DNA from: Candidatus Bathyarchaeota archaeon
GTDB taxonomy: Archaea > Thermoproteota > Bathyarchaeia > 40CM-2-53-6
DNA: 64,000 bases
Reading direction: 5' to 3'
Assembly: GCA_963833125.1 (NCBI GenBank)
Contig: CAWHWX010000016.1
Coordinates: 352,001-416,000 of the forward strand
The notes below the pieces were generated by a model, which worked only from the letters and a program-made list of their open reading frames with translations, did not search any database and had not been told where the DNA came from. This document shows positions 32,801 through 44,015 of the stretch, one piece after another. A program made the position numbers and the translations under genes. How positions within the stretch are numbered: the first letter of the stretch is position 1; the number at the start of each line of letters is the position of its first letter.

Positions 32801-33235
32801 CCAATTGTCGTCGGAGGAACGTATGGCCACTCATCTCCTCCTGAGAACACGCCCTACGTTAATTTCGCGGTGTACGGAGCTTTCGATTGGTCGTGGCGTT
32901 ATGAGGCGGGGGACTGGCGAACCTTCGCAATCATCGTTCCGCCGGGAACGAATGAGCTCAAGGTTCATTTGTCATGGTCTGACTCTCAGACTCTCATTCA
33001 AGAACATTTGACGGGACCCACGGGGTTTCTGGTAGCTTCTTCCGAATATCCTTCGAGCATTTACGTTAGTAGCGGAAAGTTCCGCTGGTATACCGACACT
33101 GGCGGGCCGGCACAGGAAATCGTGGCTTCAAGCATACAGCCAGGCATCTACTTTCTGGTATTACACAACGTACTTTTCGGCGGCTCATTTCCGAGCTATC
33201 CAGAAAACTACACCTTGAATGTTGAGATGGCTTAA
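29888..33235 (+). CDS. Large S8 subtilisin-like serine protease; frameshifts near 30670 and 30900
   Basis: VAVVDTG (Asp), DFESHGT (His, read manually near 31178), AAGN and GTSMATP (Ser). Confidence 0.9.
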
Positions 33236-35429
33236 GGTGAAACAGAAGACTCAAGTTCTCTTCATCGCTGTAGTCATTATTTTAATCCTCGTAGGAGAAG
33301 CAGTAGTCTACCTCCCGTCCCGCTCAACAACACGCAGCGTAGTCATCCAATCCTATCCATCAACCACCGCTTTGGTCCAGGCTCTCACAAACGGCCAGGT
33401 GGATATGGCACCCATCGATAACCCGTCACCAGACGCACTGTTGCAGCTGAAGAACAACCCCAACCTAAACGTCGTCCCAATAGGGAACTTCGGGTTCACA
33501 TACATTGGCATGAACCTACGAAACCCTCCACTCAACAACTCAGTCTTTCGGCAGGCCATGCTCTACGGTTTCGACCGGGAGCGTGTGCTAAATGATGTCC
33601 TTCATGGTTACGGGGAAACTCTAACTCCAGGGCTCTTCTCGTCAGCCTACGCGAACCTAGGTTGGCAGAACGGATCTATCGACTCATACCCGTACAACCC
33701 CGATAAAGCATCTCAATTGCTGGATAGTATCGGCTTCGTTCAATCGTCCGGTGGAGTAAGAATGGATCCTTCTACAGGCCAACAATTGCGCACTATGTTC
33801 ATCTTCAGCAAATTGACCGACACGCAGGCAGTTGCTGCTGCGAACCTATTCGCCCATGACATGCAAGCTATCGGCCTGCCAATCGTTAGCTTTCCAGAAA
33901 CTGACTTCGACTTCAACTCGCAAGTGAAAGTAACATATTATTTCGACATGTATATCGATACGCAATCGGCCGGACCCTCACCTACTTGGCTGTACGACCT
34001 CTTCGCCGGAGTAAACAACGTGTATCCCGTACCATACGCGACAAATCTGGTTGGTTATGACAACTCAACTTTTGACGAATATGCAAAGCAGTTAATGACC
34101 GCAACCGATTCTGGGTCAGCTCAAGCAGCCGCCGCAAGATGCCAGGAACAACTTAGCCTAAATGTGCCCGCCATTCCGGTTTACTCTAAGCAAATGCTCA
34201 TCGTCACACAGAAGAATTTTCCACAAATATCTCCCATCACGGGAAGCATACAGGACAGCATCGCTGCGACACTCACGAACATGACGGAGGGAAGTCTTGT
34301 TAGGATAGGTGAGGTGGCAGGGTTGACTGATCTAAACCCGGCAACGGTTCTGGCACCCGCAGACCTGCTGACGTTCAGGCTCATTACTGAACCATTGCTA
34401 ACGCATAATGCAGACGGTTCGCTGCAATCTGGATTGGTTGATCATTGGGAAATGAGCGACAACTCTACAACATTAACGATTGTCCTCCGTGAGGGGTTAA
34501 AGTTTCAAGACGGCAGCCCCATAACAGCCCATGACTTAGCGGCAACGCTCGGATGGATGACCAGAAATGTGGTTCCATCTACGCCACTCTATTCCACACT
34601 GAGTAAGATTAAGAGTATCAGTGAAGTGGACAGCCGAACAATCAGAATATCCCTACTTGATTCCAATCCTTTTGCCATAGACGCGGTCGCGAACGCATTT
34701 GCCCTACCAGCCACCCTACTGCCGACTACGAACGGGCCTCTTGCTTTGTTGCTGACTGGAGCGCTAGAGTCCTCAGGCCCGTTTACTTTAGTAAAATTCG
34801 TACAAGGGTCAGCGGTAGAGTTGAGTTACGGTCAACCCTCAAATTCAGGTGGCAGTCGTGCTGTCCTTTACGCTGTTCAAGGGCAAGAAATTTTCGGGTC
34901 GCGAATTGGCGGAAGCCAGGCTCAGGTTCGTTCTCAAGCACTCACCAACCAAGGCGAACCGCTAGATAATGCAACGTTCGCTGTACAAATCTACGATGCG
35001 AGTGGAGCCCCCGAGGCAATGATTCAAGGGTCATCTCTCGGGTTCGGATTCTACGGAGCCAATTTGAACTTCGATAATCAATCGCTTCCAATTGGAGAGC
35101 ACAGAGTTACCACGCAATTGTACGCACAGGTTCCGTCAGGGGCCGTTATTCAGTTCGGCGTGCAAAACCTGACAATCCTTCCCCCTCAATTTCTGTTACA
35201 AATCATAGTTTACGTAGTAGCTCTCATCGTGGTTGGAGTTGTGTTTTACAACGCCTCCTTCAGAAAGGCAAAGCCTCCGACTAGGAGACGGGCTGTTCAG
35301 CGCCGTGAAACCCGCGGTAGACGGTTGACATGGAAAGCACCACAGCGCCGTGGAGTACGCGTTGAGCAGTTGGGATGGAGAACACCACGCCGTAGAACAC
35401 GTGCTAGGATTTTGAGAAGGAAAAGATAG
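33219..35429 (+). CDS. Family 5 (Opp/Dpp) ABC substrate-binding protein with permuted domain order
   Basis: FRQAMLYGFDRE/YNPDKA motifs precede LNP/WEMS/KFQDGSPITAHD/SGPF motifs; TM at both ends. Confidence 0.8.
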   Translation: MLRWLKVKQKTQVLFIAVVIILILVGEAVVYLPSRSTTRSVVIQSYPSTTALVQALTNGQVDMAPIDNPSPDALLQLKNNPNLNVVPIGNFGFTYIGMNLRNPPLNNSVFRQAMLYGFDRERVLNDVLHGYGETLTPGLFSSAYANLGWQNGSIDSYPYNPDKASQLLDSIGFVQSSGGVRMDPSTGQQLRTMFIFSKLTDTQAVAAANLFAHDMQAIGLPIVSFPETDFDFNSQVKVTYYFDMYIDTQSAGPSPTWLYDLFAGVNNVYPVPYATNLVGYDNSTFDEYAKQLMTATDSGSAQAAAARCQEQLSLNVPAIPVYSKQMLIVTQKNFPQISPITGSIQDSIAATLTNMTEGSLVRIGEVAGLTDLNPATVLAPADLLTFRLITEPLLTHNADGSLQSGLVDHWEMSDNSTTLTIVLREGLKFQDGSPITAHDLAATLGWMTRNVVPSTPLYSTLSKIKSISEVDSRTIRISLLDSNPFAIDAVANAFALPATLLPTTNGPLALLLTGALESSGPFTLVKFVQGSAVELSYGQPSNSGGSRAVLYAVQGQEIFGSRIGGSQAQVRSQALTNQGEPLDNATFAVQIYDASGAPEAMIQGSSLGFGFYGANLNFDNQSLPIGEHRVTTQLYAQVPSGAVIQFGVQNLTILPPQFLLQIIVYVVALIVVGVVFYNASFRKAKPPTRRRAVQRRETRGRRLTWKAPQRRGVRVEQLGWRTPRRRTRARILRRKR

Positions 35430-37039
35430 TTCCTAAGGTGATGTGATGGGCTGCGATGAAGCCAGCATTCACCTCTAAAACATACATTGACTTTACATTT
35501 GGCATGACGACCGGGCAATCATCGGGTGGGCATGGCTTCAGATCAGGTTCAGTATAGACCACTTGTCTGGCTGAATTGAACCAGATTATGTCCAGCGGAA
35601 ATTTCATGTCAATCATCCAAAACATCCAGTAATCCTCGTGGTCGAAGACGAACAGCATTCCTTCGTTTCTGGGAAGTGAAGGCAATCCGGAGAGGCCACG
35701 CTCCTGGGCGGGGAGTGTAGTGGCGAGTTCAACCGTCAAATTTGTCCCCGCTATCACGATCTGAGCTGTAGAATTGCCTGCTGCGGGTTGTACCGTTGGA
35801 GCAGAATTAGCACCTCTGGTTACCGTAACTTCGTAGGAAGTCCCCGTTTGGCCTGATACCGTGATGGTCAGGTGGTGGCGGCTGTCAGTGAAGGTCTGGT
35901 CTAACTGCCAAACTGCGTTCGTCAAATCAGCAACGCCTGGATCACCATTAATTAGCTGGACCTTCCCAACCGTGAGGTTTTCGTTCACAAAGGTGATTAG
36001 AACACCGGAGCCGGGAAGGGCGGCGTCGAAACCGGTTTGTTTTCTGACTTCAACCAAATAATACTGACTTGAGTTTTGTGAATTGCCTATAGGTACTTTG
36101 ATGGCGTGAACATTATTCGTAGGGATCTCAACCGGGTCCACCAGTGTCGTGGATCCTCCAACTGGGGCCCTTTCAAGCTAGCGTGCCGCTAATGAAACCA
36201 AGTTGGATTTTTGCCCAGGCCGTCATATGAGCAGGAAGCGAACCAGGTGGATCGCCGTTCCAAGAGCCCTTATCCATAAGGTCCCATGGACCGAGGATCG
36301 TTTTGCCATTATTCGGACCATTCGTCGTATCGTAAAGATCTGGTACTCCCAGGTCATGAGCGAACTCGACGCACCAAACGCCGTTTGGGACATTTGGCTG
36401 CGCTTCCAGTTCGGAGACAATGCTGAATCTTGTTAGCATCTTCGATTTGGTTTCTATGGATTCGTCAAAGTAGGTTACTGACCAGATGTCGCTTTGCTTG
36501 AGGCTGGTTTCTTGACCAGAACCGGAGTGGATGAAGACGTAGTAGTCATAGTTACTGAAGTTAACGTCCTTCTCAGCTAACGGTACTGTGTCGTTTACAA
36601 TCTTCCACGATTGATTTGTTCCACTGCAATCAGGGTCGTTAATCCCTTTGCAATCTCTGCCGTAATATGATTCAGGGTGTGGCAGTGTATACCAACCGAA
36701 AACGTCGCCTTGAATCGTCAACTTTCCTAAGGAGATTTCATGATAATAGGCAGGGACGGTTCCAAACCATTCCTGCTTTATCCCATCGATACTCATGCTT
36801 GGCTTAACATCAGGGAAAGCCACAGCGATAACCAAGACCCGAATGATACCGAGAACGGGTGTGATTCGGGGAGCATAGCTAGCGGGTCCGACCTGCCCAA
36901 GGTATTCGGAAATGGAGGGCGCTTGACTTGCGACCGAGAGAGTTGGCCTAGTGGATTGGGTGAATTGCAATACTTGGAGGTTCGAGGCCAGTGCTAGAAG
37001 AACTAGGGCAACTGCCAATCGTCTGCCTATCGAGACCAA
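35404..37039 (-). CDS. M6 (InhA-like) metalloprotease domain fused to DUF192; frameshift near 36170
   Basis: IHSGSGQE, EFAHDLGVPDLYD, WDLMDKGSW and YYLVEVR; C-terminal ERGLS..GMLFVF..FWM..PLDIIW..VLEVNAG. Confidence 0.8.
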
Positions 37040-37201
37040 AAGCCCACCGTCCGAAGTTAGATGCGGGTGTCAGAATTTTCATAAAGTGTTTAGACGCATA
37101 GGGAGATACACGGCTAATCGGATGAGCGATTTCTGATTGACAGAGTTGAAGCAACGCAAATGGTGATCGAGCCCAATCCGAATGGGCGGAATCAGCCACT
37201 C

Positions 37202-37384
37202 TCAACCTTGCTTACTCAGAAGTGCGAGCGTATGGTTTGTTCCCAACTCTTTGGCGATTCGTCTCAGATCAGGAATCGAGAGGCCATACCTGTTTTCCGG
37301 GTTGATACCGAAACTCGCCATGCCCGCCACATTTTCTTGGTTCGCCATTGACCTCAGGCGACTTAGTATTGTATCTCTATCCAT
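37202..37384 (-). pseudogene. N-terminal fragment of an AlkD-like DNA alkylation repair protein
   Basis: GMASFGI..YGLSIPDLRRIAKELGTNH; no continuation recognised in other frames. Confidence 0.55.
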
Positions 37385-37493
37385 TCGCGCATCACGATCG
37401 TTACTTAGCGATGATGGACTATCTTATGGAGGCTTCCGCATTTGGGGAATCCTGAAATCCTGGTTAGGCTTGCTGAGGGGTGGATTTGGTCTA

Positions 37494-38140
37494 GTGTCAG
37501 CAAAGGTCCAGTCGGACGGTTGGGAATTCTGGGTACATCAAGCTAGCTCAAGAGTAGGAGTAGTCTTGGTGCATGAAATATTCGGACATGACGAGTATAT
37601 TGAATCTGTAGCTTCGAAGTTGGCAGAGGAAGGAGTATCGGCCGCTGCTGTTGACCTCTACCGCGGTCAACATCCTTCCAGCCTTGAAGATGCGTTCAAG
37701 GTCCGGGCTTCCTTGAAAGAGGAACAAGTGGTCGACGCTCTCCGATCGGGCAGTCGAGTGCTCAAAGAGCGTCTTGGTGGAGAGGCCAAGGTCGGGTCGA
37801 TGGGTTTCTGCATGGGGGGAGGCTTTGCCCTTCTGGGAGCGTGCAAGCTGCCCCTAGCTTTCTGCGTTGACTATTACGGCATGCTCCAGCAAAGCGGACG
37901 ACGTTGAAGGAATTACGGGACCAATTCAGCTAATGCTAGCCTCGGAGGATGAACGAGTTACTCCATGGGCGTATCGAGAACTTCTTCCGGCCTTAACAAA
38001 ATACAAGAAACGCGTCGACCTCTATTTGTACCCTAATGCACGACATGCGTTTCACAATCCTGGATGGGAAGGGTATAACGCCGGAAGCGGCTAAAGACGC
38101 CTGGTCCAAGACCATTCACTTCCTTTCCACGTTCAAGTGA
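37494..38140 (+). CDS. Dienelactone hydrolase family protein; frameshifts near 37890 and 38080
   Basis: HEIFG, GFCMGG, YYG and HAF. Confidence 0.85.
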
Positions 38141-38242
38141 ACCACCTATACAGTGATCAGACAACCCTTGAGCCCTCGCATGTCGCCCAGTATGCTTATC
38201 TGAACCATCAACCTTTTCGGTTCAAGCATTCGGTGATCGTAA

Positions 38243-38518
38243 TTGGCCAATGAGGTACACTGCGCACACATTCTGGTGAAATCTGAAAAGGACGCTCAGG
38301 CCGTGATTGAGAGGCTGGGTAAAGGCGAGAAATTTGCGAATGTCGCCGGCGAAGTCTCCCTCTGTCCATCACGAAAACGGGGCGGCGATCTCGGAACTTT
38401 TTCTAGAGGACGTATGGTTAAGGAGTTTGAACAGGCTGCCTTCACTCTCCAGAAAGGACAAACCTCAGGCATCGTGAAAACGCAATTCGGTTATCACGTA
38501 ATTCGACGGCTGGAATAA
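38243..38518 (+). CDS. Parvulin-type peptidyl-prolyl isomerase
   Basis: HILVK, SLCPS, GGDLG and TQFGYHVI. Confidence 0.93.
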   Translation: MANEVHCAHILVKSEKDAQAVIERLGKGEKFANVAGEVSLCPSRKRGGDLGTFSRGRMVKEFEQAAFTLQKGQTSGIVKTQFGYHVIRRLE

Positions 38519-38530
38519 TCAAATATACGT

Positions 38531-39013
38531 TCAACGATCGGGACGTGCGTCTTTCCACATGGCCTTTGACAGATAGTGCCAGGCCTGTGAATCTGCTCGC
38601 CTCTCGTCTCGAGCTATCTTGCGTAACCTGCCTTTAGTGACGGCATTCCTCGAATAGTAGATCATTAACCCCGTAAAATCGAGCCGTGAGCGGTTCTTTC
38701 CTACGGGTTCTATTTTGTAAAGGAATTCGGAATGGCGGTTGGGGCCGGATATGTGGACATTGGTCCAAGACAGTTGGGGCTTGTTGAGTCGAACTAGTTT
38801 CGTCTTGGTTATTGACTTCTTGTTTCTGCGAGTTGTTTCTGTTAGAAGGATCGTGTCTTTTGTAAGCTTCTGGATTCTTCGTTTGCCTGTCTCGTTCATG
38901 AGTTTAAAGTCGTAGGGCTTATAGTCCGTGCACCAATCGAAAGCCTCCTTCGCAGATATTTTGAAGGCCTGCTTGAAGCCATATTTCACAGAGTACACAT
39001 GCATTGCAATCAT
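38531..39013 (-). CDS. Hypothetical basic protein (possible SRPBCC-like fold)
   Basis: AFDWCTDY motif; intact ORF. Confidence 0.55.
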   Translation of the reverse strand: MIAMHVYSVKYGFKQAFKISAKEAFDWCTDYKPYDFKLMNETGKRRIQKLTKDTILLTETTRRNKKSITKTKLVRLNKPQLSWTNVHISGPNRHSEFLYKIEPVGKNRSRLDFTGLMIYYSRNAVTKGRLRKIARDERRADSQAWHYLSKAMWKDARPDR

Positions 39014-39079
39014 CTATTGTTGAACTAAGCCTGAGCCATAACTATTTGCTGAACTATTTCCGGGATCTGATTCCACGAG

Positions 39080-39596
39080 TTAACGCGGGATATTCGAGGC
39101 ATTCGCGGAAACTCTTGCATTCCACGGCTGTGTATACAGTATTCCTTGTTTCCCGCACGATGAAAGTTGCGACATAAGTTCAGGGGAGTCGTCGATGAAA
39201 ATATTGTAATTCAGTATCGCTTTATCATTACTGCTGTTGGTTCTGACGAAAGAGCTGAATTGTATCCCTTGTTCCTTAAGCCAGGATTTAGCCGGAGCAA
39301 CCGTCTGAAGACTTCTGCCTGTAACAATGTCCACCTTACCAAATTCACTGAGCCGACCAACCTTTCTCGGTTAGCCTTTCTTCGGTTGGAGGAATAGTTG
39401 ACCATTCAAACCAAGCCGTGTCGAGTGTTTGGAAGAACTCCTCCTTGGTGATCTTCGCGATCTCCCACGCCTTCCAGCGAACGAAAGACGACACTTCAAA
39501 ATGTGTAGAGTGGCGCTGGTTGATCATTCTGCAGACCGGAAACATCGTATTAGCCAGAACTCCGTCTAAGTCAACTGCTATCGTGAACGTGAACAA
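39080..39596 (-). CDS. HAD 5'(3')-deoxyribonucleotidase-like protein; frameshifted
   Basis: IAVDLDGVLA, IVTGR, FIDDSP and QPWN. Confidence 0.75.
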
Positions 39597-39614
39597 ACCC
39601 TCGTGTTGCGCTAC

Positions 39615-40109
39615 TCATGGCGGGTTCAGGAAACCTGCCGACTTCAGCCGCTCTATTGTCGAGCGAAGGTTTTCCGGAGAAATCGACAGCTCTGATGCGG
39701 CTTGCGATATGGAGATTGTGCCGTTATGCGCCGCAATGTAGTTTAGGACTTCTTGGTCGCCGGTCTGAGGCGGAATAGGATTAGCGGTTTCTGGGGTAGG
39801 TTGAGGGGTTTGCTGAGGGGTTCTGCAGTAAGGGCATACCTGTATCCCGTTGGGGATCCTGAGGCGGCACGAACTGCAAACCTGCTGTCGAGCCGCGTAT
39901 GGGTATTGAAAACTCATTCTTTGATATTGATCCCTTCTTCCGCTATCCAACAGGCTTTCCGCCCTGAATCGTATGTTTCGCTCCAGATTTCGTATAGACG
40001 CCATAAGGGGTTGGCGGGTTCTCGGGTACCCACAGTATTCGCATCGGTAACCTCTGCCGTCGTACTTGAGAGTGTAGCCGCATCGTGGACAGCGGGCAAT
40101 AGGTTGCAA
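39615..40109 (-). CDS. Zinc-ribbon protein with C-terminal wHTH
   Basis: Four CxxC pairs; VLNYI..GTISISQAASEL. Confidence 0.65.
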   Translation of the reverse strand: MQPIARCPRCGYTLKYDGRGYRCEYCGYPRTRQPLMASIRNLERNIRFRAESLLDSGRRDQYQRMSFQYPYAARQQVCSSCRLRIPNGIQVCPYCRTPQQTPQPTPETANPIPPQTGDQEVLNYIAAHNGTISISQAASELSISPENLRSTIERLKSAGFLNPP

Positions 40110-40283
40110 TCCTGTTTCCTCGAATTCAACGTCGATTGCGAATACTCGATATTACGCAACCAAGCCAAGTATAATCGTGACGTCCCTTTATCTCTCATGT
40201 ACGTGATCTTGCAAAATACGTTAGGATAACGGTTTCAGTAGTTTACGTGTTTTCTGATTCGGTTGTGAATAGTATGCATCGTT

Positions 40284-41697
40284 TCAAGGCATCGATTCCA
40301 TTCGCATTACTTCTTCCTGTGTCTTCAATAGGTATTGATCTGCCGTGAGGCCGTGACTCTTGGCAAGTTTACGAATAGCGTTTTCGACGCCGGTCCCGTG
40401 TTGAATTGCTTTCTTTCTACGCCAAACGATATCATCAGGTAAACCGTCCGCCTTGGCGACATTTCGCAACACCCATTTTCGCGTCGTATCATTGCCGGTA
40501 TGCACCTTGAATTCCGACGGAATCGTAAGAGAGAACCTGATGAGGTCAGGGTCGGCGAAAGGCGTGCGCAACTCTAATGGGAAAGGCGAGGTTGCCTGGT
40601 CATCTCTTTCGTAATTTACTTGGGGCGATTCGATAACGCTACGGTAAAGTTGCTTTGCAAGGGCTTGACGTCCTTTGGTGTCAAGAGTTCTCGCGTACTT
40701 GTAGTAGCCCCCGTAGAGTTCGTCGCTACCTTGCCCGCAGAGCATAATGCTGCAGCCGCGGCGAGCAGCAACCTTCGCCGCCCAATGCAAGGGAACCGCA
40801 ACGCTCACTTTCATCATGTTCGACTCCTCTATCAACCAAACCACACGGCGAACATACTCTTCAAGAGAATCCGAACTGAACGTTTCCACGGTTAGTGGTA
40901 ACCCAAGCCCCTCAGCAAACCTTTCGACTGTGGAAAGCTCTGAAGACCCAGACAAGCCCACACTTACTCCTTCGAGCTCAACTCCCTCTTTCAACGCTAT
41001 GGCGGCAGTGAGTGCACTGTCTAACCCGCCTGAGAAAGCCTACGCCGACCTTTCCTGCGTTGTGAGTAATCCTTCGAACGGATTTGGTTAGAAGGCGGGA
41101 TAGTTTCGCGGACGCTTGGCCAAGGGTCATCTTTCGCTCAATGGGGCGGTGGAAGCTGAACCAGACGCTTCTCGGTGATGCCCTTCTTTGTCAATGTGGA
41201 TACGGAGCCAGGGTGAATCGCTTGTGCGTTTTTCAAGCCGATCCTCCAGAGAGCTTTCCTCTCAGAAGCAAATGCTGTGAGATTATGGCGGTGTGCGTAG
41301 TATAGGGGTTTCAACCCGTTAATGTCCCTAAACGCGTGCAACAGGTTTCTTCGCGCGACTAGGCTAGCGAATCCACCGATCTCGTTCTCGATCTGCCGGA
41401 TAGCTTTGATGGGGGGAGAGCTCTCCGTTTGGCGAAGGACAAATCTGGCGTTTCCCGATTGGTACTTCGCTCGTACAATGAACCGTTGAATGCGACTATT
41501 GATTTCGGCGAATTGGCAATGTCCAGTTGGGTTTCGGGGTGTGTGGAACAACCTATTGCAATCGCGAATTCCTTCCCGCCGCCGATTGTCATTGCCTTGC
41601 ATTCGCTCCCCCGGTGCTTGAGCGCGCTTAGCATTGTCTCAACGAAAGGGTAAGGGTTGACGCTGTCATCAGTTGCAATGCCGACGATCGCACCCAA
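40284..41697 (-). CDS. Asparagine synthetase B-like protein; multiple frameshifts
   Basis: LKHRG, RDINGLKPLYY, FSGGLDS, GQGSDELYGGY, LRTPF and RRKKAIQ. Confidence 0.8.
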
Positions 41698-41787
41698 AAT
41701 CAGCCGCTCACGATAATTACATCGTCAATTCACTCGTTTACATCGCAATTAAACGGTATGCAAATGGTTTTATGAGTAAATGCGAGG

Positions 41788-42504
41788 ATGCTTAGCAAGG
41801 TGCCCTTATTGCGAAATCGTTTCGCATTACTCATCGCGATCATATGTGCCGTGTCATTATGGACGACTGTCGGTAACGCAAACTACTTCGCTTCGGCTAG
41901 CCACCCCTTGCAGGTAATGACCACCACGGCAACCGTGGGCACCAGCTTCTCCACATCCCTAACGCAGTCCCAGCAACTCATCAACGGCCCCTTCACGGTA
42001 CTCTCTACGACAGGAACCAATCTACAATGCGAATTTTGGAGCTTCAACTTCACGGGCAATATGGGGCAATACGTTTCCGGGAATTTCACCTCAGATATTC
42101 CAGTCAGCTTCTACCTTGTCCAAAGCACAACCTATCAGAATTGGTCGAAACAAGGAACTTGCGGAAGCACTACTGATGCAATTGCAAGCCAACTGCTAAC
42201 CACGTCATACATCTTCAGCGCCGCTCTTCCCAGTTCAGGAACGTGGGTCATTGTGCTCGTCAATTCTTCTAACGCAAGAAATGCGGGAGGCTCCATCGTA
42301 GCCTATCTTTCCTCTGGTGGATCTACGATTACTGAACCTTTGCTCGCGACGATGACTACGACGGAAGCGTCCACGGCAGTATCGTCCGGAACCACAGTTC
42401 CGTCCTCAACGAATATACCAGGCTTTCCACCGGAGTCCCTACTAATCGGAGCCATAGTCGGACTGCTTGCACTGATGATATTTCGGCTCCGAAAACGAAA
42501 GTGA
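41788..42504 (+). CDS. Ser/Thr-rich surface protein with PGF-CTERM-like anchor
   Basis: Signal peptide; IPGFPPES + TM + RLRKRK. Confidence 0.7.
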   Translation: MLSKVPLLRNRFALLIAIICAVSLWTTVGNANYFASASHPLQVMTTTATVGTSFSTSLTQSQQLINGPFTVLSTTGTNLQCEFWSFNFTGNMGQYVSGNFTSDIPVSFYLVQSTTYQNWSKQGTCGSTTDAIASQLLTTSYIFSAALPSSGTWVIVLVNSSNARNAGGSIVAYLSSGGSTITEPLLATMTTTEASTAVSSGTTVPSSTNIPGFPPESLLIGAIVGLLALMIFRLRKRK

Positions 42505-42644
42505 TTACGGGATTCAATAGACGCAGAGCCCTAACCGGATAATCTCAACGGCTTTTGAGGCTGTTTCCCGGCTTTAATGCACGATCGGCTGGGAAGCCGA
42601 GTTTTATATTTGATGCAACTGCTAGATCCTTCACGGTTTTGCTT

Positions 42645-44015
42645 TTGCCGATACTGCCAATCGACACGGGTCGATACGGGAGCGTAGAGATGCGCCATGT
42701 ATTCGAAGAAGAGACGAGATTTCAAAAAATGCTTGATGTCGAGGCAGCCCTGGCACGGGCGAGAGCCGAGGTTGGAGATATTCCGCGATCGGCCGCTGAA
42801 GAAATCGAACGCTATGCCTCCACGAAGTACGTGAAGCTGGAGAGGATTCGTGAGATAGAGAAAGTTACTGACCATGAAACTATGGCGTTGGTCGAAGCAT
42901 TAGCAGAGGCCTCAGGAAAAGGGGGCGCCTACGTGCATTTCGGAGCCACTTCATCGGATATTCTCGATACCGCCCTCGCATTGCAGATGAAGGAAGGCCT
43001 CAGCCTTGTGAAGCGGAACTGGACAACCTCGAAGAGACGCTGATTGGTCTTACACGCAGGTATCCGCGAAACTATCACGATCGGCCGAACCCACGGCCAA
43101 CATGCTCTCCCCATGACGCTTGGTTTGAAATTCGCTGTCTGGCTGCGCGAGGTAGGTCGACATATCGAGCGATTGAATCAGTGTAGCGAACGTGTTTTGG
43201 TTGGGAAAATGAGTGGGGCGATAGGCACTATGGCTGGGCTAGGCAATCACTCTTTCGAGATTCAGGAATCAGTCATGAAGCAATTAGGTCTAAGGGCAGC
43301 CGACGTGACAAGTCAAATCGTGCAACGTGATCGGTATGCGGAATTAGTGTGCATCTTCGCGATGGTCGGCAGTTCGTTGGATAAGTTCGCCACTGAGATC
43401 AGAAATCTGCAAAGGCCAGAGATCGATGAGTTGGCTGAGCCGTTCGCTGAAGGGAAGCAAGTTGGCAGTTCGGCGATGCCTCAGAAGCGAAATCCATGGC
43501 GTAGCGAGAATATCTCGAGTTTGGCAAGAATGGAGCGTAGCCTGGTTGGCCCGGCGCTAGAATCCATTGTAACATGGCATGAGCGTGATCTCTCGCAGTC
43601 GGCAACAGAGCGTTTCATTATCCCCGAATCTTTCATTATCCTCGATCATATGCTGAACTCTATGATTGGGGTTCTAGGTGGGCTTCACGTAAACGAGAAG
43701 AGTATGCTTGATAATCTCATGAAATTCAAAGATCCCTTGATGTCAGAATCGGTCCTAACTTCTTTGGTCAGCAAAGGTATGCCGAGGCAGGAAGCGCACA
43801 GTCTACTTCAGAAGCTGGTTTTCGAAAGCCGAGAGAAGCATGTGAGTTTCGGCGAAACCCTCAAACATGATCCGGTTGTCACTAAGTATCTAACTACGGC
43901 TGAACTAGACTTGGCTCTGGATCCAAAGGCGTACTTGGGCATGTCCAAGGAACTTGTGACTTCATCGGTTGAAAGGGCAATATCCGAGCGTCGTGCTCGC
44001 GGCTTAGCTGGTTAA
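42645..44015 (+). CDS. purB: Adenylosuccinate lyase; frameshift near 43015
   Basis: HFGATSSD, GRTHGQHA and GSSAMPQKRNP. Confidence 0.93.

Noticed and set aside
37182-37493. Long N-terminal extension of the dienelactone hydrolase ORF
   Set aside because: It is the antisense shadow of the AlkD-like fragment; the real start is probably near 37494.
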